Shown: positions 11,121-20,743 of the stretch, piece by piece | Position numbering within the stretch: the first letter of the stretch is position 1 | Layout: every line of letters starts with the position of its first letter | Position numbers and translations under genes: made by a program | The notes under the pieces: generated by a model | What the model was told of the DNA's origin: nothing | Database searches by the model: none | Seen by the model: only the letters and a program-made list of their open reading frames with translations | Source: Haloarculaceae archaeon | GTDB taxonomy: Archaea; Halobacteriota; Halobacteria; Halobacteriales; Haloarculaceae | Reading direction: 5' to 3' | Assembly (NCBI GenBank): GCA_036626395.1 | Contig: JAZKRZ010000001.1 | Location: 1 to 63,701, forward strand | Length of the DNA stretch: 63,701 nucleotides

Positions 11121-13256
11121 ATGACCGACGACACGCTGGCGTCGCTCGAACCGCTCGACCTGGAGGGCGACGTCCGCCGCGACGAGGGGGACAGCGACCC
11201 GCCGCTCGGCGACGGGACCCGGTACGTCGCCGACTCGCAGGGGGCGACGCTCGTCTACGACGTCCCCGACGGCGCGCTCGCCGACGCCGCGTATCTCGCG
11301 ACGGATTTCCTCGTGGAGGGGACGCACTCGCCGGTGTTCCGACTGGGACTGAGCGACGGCGACGACACGTTCACTCTCCTGTACGGGACGGTCCCCGAGT
11401 GCGAGGGACGGGTCCGCCTTCCGGTGGGCGCCCTCGACGGGAGTCGGGCCTCGCTGGACCGCGAGGGTGCCTGGTGCAAACCGGTGGTCCGTGGCGACCC
11501 AGTCGACCCCGCCGCGGTCGAGCGAATCGCGCTCGGACTCGTCTCCAGTCCGGCCGGTGAACTCCGCTGGTCACAGTCGCCGGTCCGCGTGACCGCCGAC
11601 GAACCGCCGCGCGTGACCGACCCCGCGCTTCCCGAGGGGCCGTTGCTCGACGAGTTCGGCCAGTTCACGCTCCGCGAGTGGACGGGACGCACCGTGGACG
11701 AATCCGAACTCGACGGTCGCTTCCGCGAGCAGCGCGCGGCGGCCGCGGACCGCTCGTCGGCTGGCGGCAACACGTCGTCCGAGGAACGCTCGCTGTCCGG
11801 CGACGCAAGGGCGTCCCCGGGCGCTGCGGACCGCGCCGGCGACGACGTCGACCGCTGGGGCGGCTGGACCGGACGAGAGTTCGCCGCGACGGGCTTTTTC
11901 CGCACGCACTACGACGGCGACCGGTGGTGGCTGGTGACGCCCGACGGGCACCCGTTCTGGTCGGCGGGCCTGGACGGCGTCAGTCCGCAACTCGCCACCC
12001 GCTACGACGGGCTCGACGACGCGCTCTCGTGGCTGCCCGACCCGGACGGGCGGTTCGCCGATGCCCTCGACCACCGGGACGAGGAGGGCGACTACGTCGA
12101 CTACCTCACCGCGAACCTGGTCCGGACCTTCGGCGACGACTGGCGGGAGGCCTGGACCGATATCGCGTTCGACCAGCTCCGCGAGCTGGGGTTCAACACC
12201 GTCGGCAACTGGTCGGACTGGGAGGCCGCCAGCGAGGCGGGTGTCCCGTACACTCGACCCCTCTACATCGAGTTCCCGGAGACGCCGCTCGTCTACCGCG
12301 ACTTCCCCGACGTGTACCACGACTCGTTCCCCGAGGACGCCGCCGATATCGCCGCCCCGCTGGAGGAGACTGCCGGCGACCCGGCGATGATAGGCTACTT
12401 CCTCGGGGACGAACCGGACTGGCGGGCCGGGACCGAGTCGGTCGCGGTCGCGATGCTCCGGACCGGCGAGGGGTCGGCCACTCGCCGAGAACTGGCCGAC
12501 TGGCTCGCCGACCGCTACGGTCTCGACGGGACCGGCGACGGGCAGGCGGAGACGCCGGACCGCGGCGCGGGAGGCGAGGGAGACGCCGACTCGCTCGCCG
12601 ACGCCTGGGACATGAACGTGACGCTCGCCGACGTCCGCGACGGGTCGTGGGACCACGAACTCACGGGGGTGGCGCGTTCGGACCTCGAACTGTTCAGTTC
12701 GCGGATGGTCGAGCGCCTCTATCGGGTGCTCGGCGAGGCCTGTCGCGAGGTCGACCCCGACCATCTCAACCTCGGGAATCGCCTCGTCGACGTCCCGGCC
12801 GACTGGGTACTGGAGGGGATGGTCGGCGTCGACGCGCTGACCTGCAACTGCTACCGGCGGCGCCTCCCCTCGGAGTACGCCGCGGTGAGCCGGACGGTCG
12901 GCGCGCCGATACTGGTCGGCGAGTTCCACTTCGGGGCGCCCGACGTCGGACTCCCCCATCCGGGGGTCCAGGCCGTCCCCGGCCAGGCCGCGCGCGGCGC
13001 CGCGTACCGCTACTACGTCGAACACGCGGCGGCCCGACCGTGGTGTGTCGGCGCCCACTACTTCGCGATGTACGACGAGTCGGCGCTCGGCCGCTTCGAC
13101 GGCGAGAACATGAACGTCGGTCTCTTCGACGTCTGTCACCGTCGCTACGGGCCACTGGCGGAGGCCGCCCGCGAGACGCACGAGCGTCTCTACGCGCTCG
13201 CGGACCGCGAGGTCGACCCGTACGGCGACGCGCCGACGTATCTGAGCAACCGGTAG
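11121..13256 (+). CDS. Large acidic protein, putative TIM-barrel glycoside hydrolase-like
   Basis: The real frame starts at ATG 11121; the track ORF from 10560 is antisense to the SDR gene. Motifs such as GFNTVGNW and FLGDEPDW resemble GH5/GH42-type hydrolases. The function is uncertain. Confidence 0.6.
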   Translation: MTDDTLASLEPLDLEGDVRRDEGDSDPPLGDGTRYVADSQGATLVYDVPDGALADAAYLATDFLVEGTHSPVFRLGLSDGDDTFTLLYGTVPECEGRVRLPVGALDGSRASLDREGAWCKPVVRGDPVDPAAVERIALGLVSSPAGELRWSQSPVRVTADEPPRVTDPALPEGPLLDEFGQFTLREWTGRTVDESELDGRFREQRAAAADRSSAGGNTSSEERSLSGDARASPGAADRAGDDVDRWGGWTGREFAATGFFRTHYDGDRWWLVTPDGHPFWSAGLDGVSPQLATRYDGLDDALSWLPDPDGRFADALDHRDEEGDYVDYLTANLVRTFGDDWREAWTDIAFDQLRELGFNTVGNWSDWEAASEAGVPYTRPLYIEFPETPLVYRDFPDVYHDSFPEDAADIAAPLEETAGDPAMIGYFLGDEPDWRAGTESVAVAMLRTGEGSATRRELADWLADRYGLDGTGDGQAETPDRGAGGEGDADSLADAWDMNVTLADVRDGSWDHELTGVARSDLELFSSRMVERLYRVLGEACREVDPDHLNLGNRLVDVPADWVLEGMVGVDALTCNCYRRRLPSEYAAVSRTVGAPILVGEFHFGAPDVGLPHPGVQAVPGQAARGAAYRYYVEHAAARPWCVGAHYFAMYDESALGRFDGENMNVGLFDVCHRRYGPLAEAARETHERLYALADREVDPYGDAPTYLSNR

Positions 13257-13322
13257 TCGGGACGGGCCGAACTCCCTGAACGGTCTCGCCGGCTTTTTGC
13301 CGACGGTCGGTCAACTGCGGGC

Positions 13323-13832
13323 ATGCCCTGTCTCGTCGTCGTCTGTGGCCTGCCGGGGGTCGGCAAGTCGACGGTCGCCGCCGAAGTCGTCGACCGCCTC
13401 GGCGGGCGACTCCGCCGGACGGACGCGGTCCGCAAGGAGATCCGCGCCGAACCGCGCTACGACCGCGCCGAGTCCCGTCGCGTCTACGCCCGCATCTTCG
13501 ACGAGGCCCGCGACGACCTCACCGCCGGCCGGAACGCCGTCCTCGACGGCACGTTCCAGCGCGCGCGCCACCGCGAGTGGGGCCGCACCCTCGCGGACGC
13601 GGTCGACTGCCGGTTCGAACTGGTCCGTGTCACCTGCGACGAGTCTGCGGCCGTCGAACGGGTCGCCGACCGCGACCTCGACGGCGAGTTGAGCGACGCC
13701 TCGCTCGATACCTACTACCAGATCATGAAGTCCTTCGAGGAGGTGTCGCTCCCCCACGTCCGCATCGACAACTCCCGGTCGATGGCGTCGACGGAACTGC
13801 AGGTCGAGCGCTGGTGTGACCAGCTCCGGTAG
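13323..13832 (+). CDS. P-loop NTPase / small kinase-like ATP-binding protein
   Basis: Walker A motif GLPGVGKST at the N-terminus; 169 aa. Confidence 0.7.
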   Translation: MPCLVVVCGLPGVGKSTVAAEVVDRLGGRLRRTDAVRKEIRAEPRYDRAESRRVYARIFDEARDDLTAGRNAVLDGTFQRARHREWGRTLADAVDCRFELVRVTCDESAAVERVADRDLDGELSDASLDTYYQIMKSFEEVSLPHVRIDNSRSMASTELQVERWCDQLR

Positions 13833-14052
13833 CGGTGGGTCGTGGTGCTGTCTCGGCCACCAGTCGTTCAGTACAGTGTGTGAACCGACCGCCGAGATCC
13901 CTCTCGGTTGCAGATGACACTGGAGACGAAATACGGGATGCAGCACGCGTATCTTGCAGAACGGGACACCCCCGTTATTGAGGGTCCATTTCGGAGTACC
14001 ACACACGACACGCTGTACCGGGACGTAGACGTTCCTCGGCGGATTCTCCTCA

Positions 14053-14160
14053 TACTGTCGGACACAAGTACGTGAACACGCTTGCCGGGAAAACGCTATC
14101 GAAAAGCCAGTTCCCGGTCGAACGAGCCTCCGACGGTGGCCTCACTTGTGTCCGACAGTA
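14053..14160 (+). mobile_element. MITE-like element, family A, copy A2 (108 bp)
   Basis: Same inverted repeats and interior as A1. Flanked by direct TCA (14050-52 and 14161-63). Confidence 0.85.
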
Positions 14161-14172
14161 TCACCTGTCGAC

Positions 14173-14913
14173 CTAGTTTTCGAGGATATCTTCGTCGATC
14201 GGGTCCTCGACGTCGCCCGTCACCGACTCCAGCAGGTCGGTCACGGTGACCATCCCGACAACTTGGCCGTCCTCGATGACGAGCGCGAGTTCCTGGCTCT
14301 CGGCCTGGAACTGGTCTATCGCGTCGCTGACGTCGACGTCGGGCGAGAGGGTCATCGGCGGTGCCGCGAGCGCCTCGAAGTCGACGTCCCCACTCTCCAG
14401 TTCCTCACGGTGGCGAGTCAGTATCGGCACGTAGACGATCCCCCGGAAGTCGGTCAGTTCCTCACCGACCAGCGGATACCGCGTGTGGGGGTTCTCGGCC
14501 ATCCACCGGAGGTTCTCTTCGGGATCGACTGCGGTCGAGAGCGCGACGATCCGCTCGTCGGACACCATCACCTCCCGGACGGGTTGCTCGCCGATCTGGA
14601 GGGCGTTCATCACCTCCTCGCGGCGCTCCTCGGGGAGGTCCCCCTCGTCGAGGACCGACCCCAGCCGGTTGCGCAGGTCGGCGCGCGACTCGATGACGTC
14701 CTCCTCTGTTTCGAGCCACGCCCCTGTCATCCCGATACCGAACAGCCTGAGCGTCGCTTTCGCGATCCCGTCGCCGAGCGTGATGAGAGGCGAGATGAGC
14801 CAGTGAAACCAGTACAGCGGTACGGCGCCGTACTTGCAGACGAACCGGGAGCGTTCGACGCCGAGGTACGTCGGCGTCTGTTCGCCGTGGGTCAGGTGGA
14901 CGAGGTTGATGAT
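14173..14913 (-). pseudogene. 5'-truncated DUF21-CBS (CorC/HlyC/CNNM-type) transporter gene; only the last DUF21 helix plus the CBS pair remain
   Basis: The reading frame is open from just after a stop at 14914-16. It translates IINLVHLTHGEQTPTYLGVERSRFVCKYGAVPLYWFHWLISPLITLG (end of the DUF21 domain), then a CBS pair. About 80-100 N-terminal residues with the first TM helices are absent, and the first ATG is at 14730. Confidence 0.6.
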
Positions 14914-15015
14914 ACGTCATTGCCGGACCGACCGCACGCGGTCGTGGGGCCCTCCGGGACACAGGGACGGCAATCCGTGTGAAAGGTTATATCGCTGGCT
15001 CCCACAGGCCCGCTC

Positions 15016-15669
15016 ATGGTTTCGACGGCCGTCCACCTCGCGTTCGCCGGTCTCCTCGCCGCCGCCCTCCTGGGTCCGTACTACGACAGACGGGGGGTCC
15101 TGATAGTTTTCGCCGCCACAGTGTTCCCGGACCTGGACTCGTTCATCGCCCCGTTTTTCGTCGTCGGCCACCGGACAGTGCTCCACACGTACCTCGTTCC
15201 CATCGCTATCGGTGTCGTCCTCCTGGCCGACACCCGACTGCGCGAGGAGTCGTTCGTCCGCGAGAACTGGGGCTCTTACGGCGTCGCCGTCGGCTGGGTG
15301 AGCCTCCTGGCGTGGGCTGTCGCAGGCATCGGCCTGGACTTCGTCGGCGCCGGTGTCAACCCGCTGTGGCCGCTCCACGACCAGTTCTACACCCTCAACG
15401 GGAAGGTTGAGCTCTCGGACCAGCGCGGTATCGTCCAGACGTTCGTCGACCTCTCGCCCGACGAGGGCGGGGTACCCGCGCCCGACAGCAGGGGGTCCTC
15501 CCAGGAGGTCAACGTGAGCACGGGGATCGACCCGGACCCGAGTAACACGAACCCCGACCCGAACCCCGAGCGGGTCTTCCCGGTCGTCAGAGCGGGCTGG
15601 CAACTGCTCGTCCTCGTCGTCGGGACCTCCGTGACCGCCGCGCGCTTTCGCCTGCCCTACCGGGAGTGA
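15016..15669 (+). CDS. Membrane-bound metal-dependent hydrolase-like protein (DUF457/YdjM-like)
   Basis: Several TM helices with conserved His/Asp (HLAFAG, FPDLDS, GHRTVLHT). Confidence 0.6.
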   Translation: MVSTAVHLAFAGLLAAALLGPYYDRRGVLIVFAATVFPDLDSFIAPFFVVGHRTVLHTYLVPIAIGVVLLADTRLREESFVRENWGSYGVAVGWVSLLAWAVAGIGLDFVGAGVNPLWPLHDQFYTLNGKVELSDQRGIVQTFVDLSPDEGGVPAPDSRGSSQEVNVSTGIDPDPSNTNPDPNPERVFPVVRAGWQLLVLVVGTSVTAARFRLPYRE

Positions 15670-15773
15670 ACGGTCGGCGTTCGTCGACTCCCCCACGGAA
15701 TCGGGTGACCCGACCGAACCGCCGCGCCTCGAGATCCCGGGGCTTCTTGTAGCCGTCCGGTGACAGGCGGGGT

Positions 15774-16484
15774 ATGGATAGTCTGCGGGTACGGGAGCGC
15801 CTGGGCCCTGCGGACGTCGTGACTCTCGCGAACGCGGCCGTGGGTCTCGTCGCGGGCATCGTCGCGTTCTCCGACCCCGAACTCGCCGCCCGCCTGGTCT
15901 TGCTCGCGGCCATCACGGACGCCCTCGACGGCATCACCGCCAGAAAACTCGGGGGATCGACAGTCGGTCCCCTGCTCGACTCTATCACGGACGTCGTCTC
16001 GTTCGGTGCGACGCCGGCGCTGTTCGTCTACGTCGTGACCGCCGACAGCTGGGGCTGGCGCGACGCAGGCCTGACCGCCGCGCCGCCCGCCGAGGTGGGC
16101 ATCGCGCTCGGGGTGGCCGCCTTCTTCGGCGTCATGTCCATCATCCGGACGGCCCTCTACACGGAGTTCGTCGGCGACGACCAGCTCCGGCCTGGCATCC
16201 AGAACACGCTGGCGGCGACCATCCTCGCGGCAGCCTACCTCGGCGGCTTCGCCTGGGTGCCCGGAATACTCGTCGGCACCGTCCTGCTGTCGGTCGCGAT
16301 GGTCGCGCCGGTCGCCTATCCGAAACTCGCACACCGGGACGCCGCCGTCATGGGCGTCGTCCAGTTCGGTGCCGTGGTCGCGCCGACGGTCCTGGACCGC
16401 GCACTCCCGCGTCTCCTCCTCGTCGCCGCGTTCGCCTACCTGTTTCTCGCCCCGAGGTTCTACTGGGGACGCCAGTCGTCGTGA
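15774..16484 (+). CDS. pssA: CDP-alcohol phosphatidyltransferase, archaetidylserine synthase-like
   Basis: D-x2-DG-x2-AR-x8-G-x3-D-x3-D motif (DALDGITARKLGGSTVGPLLDSITD) and a multi-TM protein. Confidence 0.75.
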   Translation: MDSLRVRERLGPADVVTLANAAVGLVAGIVAFSDPELAARLVLLAAITDALDGITARKLGGSTVGPLLDSITDVVSFGATPALFVYVVTADSWGWRDAGLTAAPPAEVGIALGVAAFFGVMSIIRTALYTEFVGDDQLRPGIQNTLAATILAAAYLGGFAWVPGILVGTVLLSVAMVAPVAYPKLAHRDAAVMGVVQFGAVVAPTVLDRALPRLLLVAAFAYLFLAPRFYWGRQSS

Positions 16485-16866
16485 CCCACGACCCGTCAGC
16501 CCTGTGGACCGCCGGAACCTTCGCGCGGTCGTCGCCCCCCGGTTTCTGAGCTACGGGGCAGGGGCTCGACGGGAGACGGGGCTGTGACACGGGCTCTCGC
16601 CGGCGAGCGCTTCGGGACCGGCGACTCGGCGTTCGGGTTCCGTCCGGACGGGCCACTGCACCGGAGGACAGCAAAGGGGTACCGGGACGTGCCACCGAAG
16701 AGAACGCGGGGCGGAGAGCCCCGGCGTGTGACACTACGGAGCCGGCTGGCTCCATCCGAAACGAGGGTCCCGACTAATATAAGTATGGATCATCGTTCAC
16801 CCCGCTACCACGGCGGATAGCGGTCCTGCGTGACGGGTCGAGATCGGGAACCCCGGTTTCGTCTGG

Positions 16867-17982
16867 TCAGTTCTCGGACGTATCGTCGCCCGCGGGATCA
16901 GCGGCGTCCTCCGGCGTGGGCCCGTCGTCGAGCAGTCCGTCCAGGTCGGCGTACTCGCCCAGCAGTTCGACCATCCGCTCGACGGTCTCGACGTTCCGGG
17001 TCCGCCCGGTGTCGAGGACGTCCTCGACGCGGTCGACGACGACTCTGGTCTCTGACTGGGCGAGGAGGGCCGGGACGCCCGCCTCGGTCGCCTTCCCGAG
17101 GATGGCCCCGGAGGGTCTGAGCCCGCCCGTGAGCACGAGACACTCGATCCCCGGCGCCTGGAGGGCAGCCGCCTGTATCTCCGAGCGGTCGCCCCCGGTG
17201 ATCATCGCGGCACTCCGGAGGCGCCGGAAGTGTCGCAACGCCGCGTCGCTGCCCATCGCCCCGACGGTAAAGCGCTCGACGAAGCCGTCGGTCGGGACGT
17301 CCGGTGTCAGGTTCTCGGCGCCGAGTTCGTCCGCGAGTTCGGCGACCGTGACGCCCGCGAGTTCCGTCACCCGGGGGACGATCCCCAGGACCGGGACGTC
17401 CCGCCCCTCCAGGAAGGGGACGACGTCGTTGGTCAGCGAGTCCCGGTCGGCGTCGCCGACGGCGTTGAAGACGACGCCAGCGAGCCTGTCGCCGAAGCGC
17501 CGGGCACCCGCCAGCACCTCGTCGACGTCGGCTGGCTGGGTGTACCGGGCGACGAGCACCACCCTGGCGTCGAGCAGTTCCGCGACGTCCGGGTCGGTTA
17601 GGTCGACGATACCGCCCGTCGTCGCGCGCCCGCCGCCCTCGACGACGACGAGGTCGCGCTCGGCCGCGACGGCGTCGTAACTGTCGCGGACCCGCGCCCG
17701 TATCTCGGCGGCCTCGACGCCGCCGCGGACAGCCTCCTCGATGAACGCCGGCGAGTAGACGACCGGTTCCAGGTCCGCCAGGTCCGCCTCGTTGCCCAGC
17801 ACCTCCATCGCGAGCAGCGGGTCCTCGTCGCGGGTCTTGCCCACGGGACTGCGCAGTCGCGTCCCCTTGGGCTTGAAGTAGCCGACGTCGCGGCCCGTCT
17901 CCTGTGCGAGCTTCGCGATGGCGACCGCGATAGCTGTCTTGCCTGTACCCTCGTCGGTCGACGTGACGAATATCGGGTTCAT
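16867..17982 (-). CDS. Phosphotransacetylase-family protein (BioD-like N-domain plus DRTGG domain)
   Basis: N-terminal TSTDEGTGKT P-loop-like motif and ITGGDRSE (DRTGG). 4-nt overlap with the upstream acd gene. Confidence 0.75.
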   Translation of the reverse strand: MNPIFVTSTDEGTGKTAIAVAIAKLAQETGRDVGYFKPKGTRLRSPVGKTRDEDPLLAMEVLGNEADLADLEPVVYSPAFIEEAVRGGVEAAEIRARVRDSYDAVAAERDLVVVEGGGRATTGGIVDLTDPDVAELLDARVVLVARYTQPADVDEVLAGARRFGDRLAGVVFNAVGDADRDSLTNDVVPFLEGRDVPVLGIVPRVTELAGVTVAELADELGAENLTPDVPTDGFVERFTVGAMGSDAALRHFRRLRSAAMITGGDRSEIQAAALQAPGIECLVLTGGLRPSGAILGKATEAGVPALLAQSETRVVVDRVEDVLDTGRTRNVETVERMVELLGEYADLDGLLDDGPTPEDAADPAGDDTSEN

Positions 17983-20084
17983 ACGTTCTCGGGGTCGATT
18001 GTGAGTCGCAGGTCCACCGCGGTGGCGCCCTCGCTCGTGGCGACCAGCGGGTTGACGTCCAGTTCGACGATGGCCGGAAAATCCGTCGCCAGTTGCGAGA
18101 GCCGCTGGATCACTTCGACGATCGCGTTCTCGTCGACGGGGTCGCGGCCCCGCGCCCCCCGCAACAGCGGCGCGGCCTCGATGTCGTCGAGCATCTCGCG
18201 GGCGTCGGGTTCGGTCACCGGGGCGACCCGGACCGTCGCGTCCTCCAGCACCTCGACGAAGATACCGCCCAGTCCGAACAGGACCAGTGGGCCGAAACTC
18301 GGGTCGCGGTTGAGGCCGACGATGGTCTCGACGCCCGCGTCCGTGTCGCGCAGTTCCTGGACCTGGACGCCCAGTATCGTCGCGTCGGGCTGGTAGTTCC
18401 GGGCCCGGGTGACCAGGTCCTCGTAGGTGTCAGCCGCCTCCCCGGGTCGGACGCCGACGGCCACGCCGCCGATGTCGGACTTGTGCAGGATGTCCGGGCT
18501 GACGATCTTCATGACGACCTCGTCGCCGTCGCCGACGCGGCGTGCGGCCGCCGCCGCCTCCGACCGGGCGGAGACGACCTCGCCCTCGGGCGTGGGGACC
18601 CCGTAGGCCTCCAGCAGTCCCATCCCCTCGACGCCGATGCGCGTCGCGCCCCTGCTCGCGGCGTCGTCGAGTATCTCGTGGGCCCGGTCGCGGTCGACGT
18701 CGAACTCCCGGGGTTCGACCGTCTCTCCGCCCTGTACCTCGCGGTACTCGCGCAGCGCGTCCAGGCTCTCGACGGCTCGCGCCGGGTCGAAGTACGTCGG
18801 GATACCCGCCGCTGCCAGGCGGTCTGCGGCGCCGCGGGTCGAGGAGCCGCCCATCAGCGTCACGGCAACCGGCTTGCCGTACTGGGCCTGCAGGTCGGCG
18901 ACCGTCTCCGCCAGGTCGGGGAACTCGAAGGTCGCGGTCGGGCAGGCGACGACGACCGTCGCGCCGACGTTCGGGTCGGCCAGCGCGAGGTCCAGCGCAG
19001 CCTCGAAGCGCTCGACCGGCGCGTCGCCGATGATGTCGACCGGGTTGAAGACGTTCGCGCCGTCGGGCAGCGCCTCCCGAAAGCCCGCGAGCGTCTCGTC
19101 TCCGAACGACGCGAGCGAGAGGCCGGCGTCGCCGACGGCGTCGGTCGTCATCACGCCGGGCCCGCCCGCGTTCGTCACGATGGCCACGCCGTCCGTCTCG
19201 GGAAGGGGCTGCCCGGCGAGGATGCTCGCGTAGTCGAACAGCTCCTGTACCGTGGCGACGCGGAGGACGCCGGCCTGCTCGAAGGCCGCCTCGTAGGCCT
19301 GCTCGCTGCCCGCCATCGCGCCCGTGTGGGAGGCCGCCGCCGAGGCCCCTGCCTCGGTGCGTCCGGACTTGACGACGACGATCGGCGTTTCGGCGGTCAC
19401 GTCGCGGGCGGCCGCCAGGAACGACCGCCCGTCGACGACGTCTTCGAGGTAGCCGAGAATGACGTCCGTGTCGGGGTCGTCGCCCCACTCGGCGACGAAG
19501 TCGCTCTCGTCGAGGACCGCCTTGTTACCGAGCGAGACGACGTCCTTGAACCCGAGGTCGCGGTCGTTGGCCCAGTCGACGACGGCCGTCACGAACGCTC
19601 CGGACTGGCTCATGAAAGAGATCGACCCCTGCTTGGGGCTCTCGGGGCCGAACGTGGCGTTGAGTCCGCGCGCGGTGTTCATGACCCCGAGGCTGTTGGG
19701 GCCGACGAGGTTCAGGTCGTACTCGGCGGCGATGTCGCGCAGTTCCTGCTCGCGCGCGGCGCCTTCGCTGCCGGTCTCGCCGAACCCAGCGGTGATGACG
19801 ACGACGTTCTCGATGCCCGATTCGCCGGCCTGACGGACCACGTCCAGGGCGACCGACGGCGGGACGACGACCACGGCGACGTCCACCCGGCCGTCGACGT
19901 CGGCGAGCGCGTCGTGACAGGGCAGTCCGAGGACCTCCTCGGTCGACGGGTTGACGGCGAGGACATCGCCGTCGAACTCGGCCAGCAGGTTCTCCGTCAC
20001 GGCACGCCCGACCGATCCTTCACTTTCGGTCGCCCCGACCACGGCGACCCGGTCGGGTCCGAACAGCGTCGCGAGTTCGCCCAT
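17979..20084 (-). CDS. acd: Acetate--CoA ligase (ADP-forming), fused alpha/beta
   Basis: 701 aa. It has a CoA-binding N-terminus (VAVVGATESEGSVG), a succinyl-CoA-synthetase-like flavodoxin domain and a C-terminal ATP-grasp. Confidence 0.85.
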   Translation of the reverse strand: MGELATLFGPDRVAVVGATESEGSVGRAVTENLLAEFDGDVLAVNPSTEEVLGLPCHDALADVDGRVDVAVVVVPPSVALDVVRQAGESGIENVVVITAGFGETGSEGAAREQELRDIAAEYDLNLVGPNSLGVMNTARGLNATFGPESPKQGSISFMSQSGAFVTAVVDWANDRDLGFKDVVSLGNKAVLDESDFVAEWGDDPDTDVILGYLEDVVDGRSFLAAARDVTAETPIVVVKSGRTEAGASAAASHTGAMAGSEQAYEAAFEQAGVLRVATVQELFDYASILAGQPLPETDGVAIVTNAGGPGVMTTDAVGDAGLSLASFGDETLAGFREALPDGANVFNPVDIIGDAPVERFEAALDLALADPNVGATVVVACPTATFEFPDLAETVADLQAQYGKPVAVTLMGGSSTRGAADRLAAAGIPTYFDPARAVESLDALREYREVQGGETVEPREFDVDRDRAHEILDDAASRGATRIGVEGMGLLEAYGVPTPEGEVVSARSEAAAAARRVGDGDEVVMKIVSPDILHKSDIGGVAVGVRPGEAADTYEDLVTRARNYQPDATILGVQVQELRDTDAGVETIVGLNRDPSFGPLVLFGLGGIFVEVLEDATVRVAPVTEPDAREMLDDIEAAPLLRGARGRDPVDENAIVEVIQRLSQLATDFPAIVELDVNPLVATSEGATAVDLRLTIDPENV

Positions 20085-20211
20085 CGCCTCGGGATTGGTC
20101 CGGCCGTGGCAAATAGGTGGGCGGTGTTCTCACCCGCCGGGAACCGCTTTCGATATGCGTCAGGCCCTCCCCGAACCTCGGTGTCGGTTCTGGGCCCCCC
20201 TTCCTGTGACC

Positions 20212-20614
20212 TCACTCGACAGCGACGTCGACCGGCGTCGCTTCCGACAGTTCGCGGATCCGCTCGGGGCCGACCGGGAACACCGCCTCGGGCGTGCCGG
20301 CGGCCGTCCAGACCGCCTCGAACTCCAGCAGCGTTTCGTCGATGTAGACGGGCACCGTCGTCTCGTGACAGAAGGGCGGGACGCCGCCGATAGACCAGCC
20401 GAGCGTCTCGTTGACCGCCGCCGGTTCGGCCGTGCGCACCTCGGACGGGGAGACGCCACGCAGGGAGGCGAGTTTCGCTTCGTCGACCCTGTTGGCGCCG
20501 CTGGTCACCACGACGACCAGTTCGTCGGCGAGGAACGCCAGAGAACTCGCGTACCTCGACGTCGACGCCCAGTGCGGCCGCCCGTTCGGCGAACGACTCC
20601 GCTCGCGGGTGCAT
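20212..20614 (-). pseudogene. YbaK/aminoacyl-tRNA deacylase-like gene with an internal deletion and frameshift
   Basis: The N-terminal 25 aa (MHPRAESFAERAAALGVDVEVREF) are in one frame. The C-terminal part (ASSLAFLADELVVVVTSGANRV...GGVPPFCH...) is in another. The span is 403 nt, not a multiple of 3, and is about 75 nt shorter than expected for the family. Confidence 0.65.
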
Positions 20615-20743
20615 GCGTCCACGGGCGTCCCGAAGTCACCTAAGCGTCCCGGACGTGTCTCCCACAGCGTGAGCCGCCGCTCTCGCGGGTCACTCACGCG
20701 GCGATGTGGATGCTTTTTGGGATGAGCGCTCCTACTCCGACCG

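Noticed and set aside
16485-16866. Assignment of the structured gap to SRP (7S) RNA or RNase P RNA.
   Set aside because: I could not find the RNase P CR-I motif (GAGGAAAGUCC) or a recognisable SRP helix-8 or 5'/3' pairing pattern. I kept it only as an unassigned candidate ncRNA.
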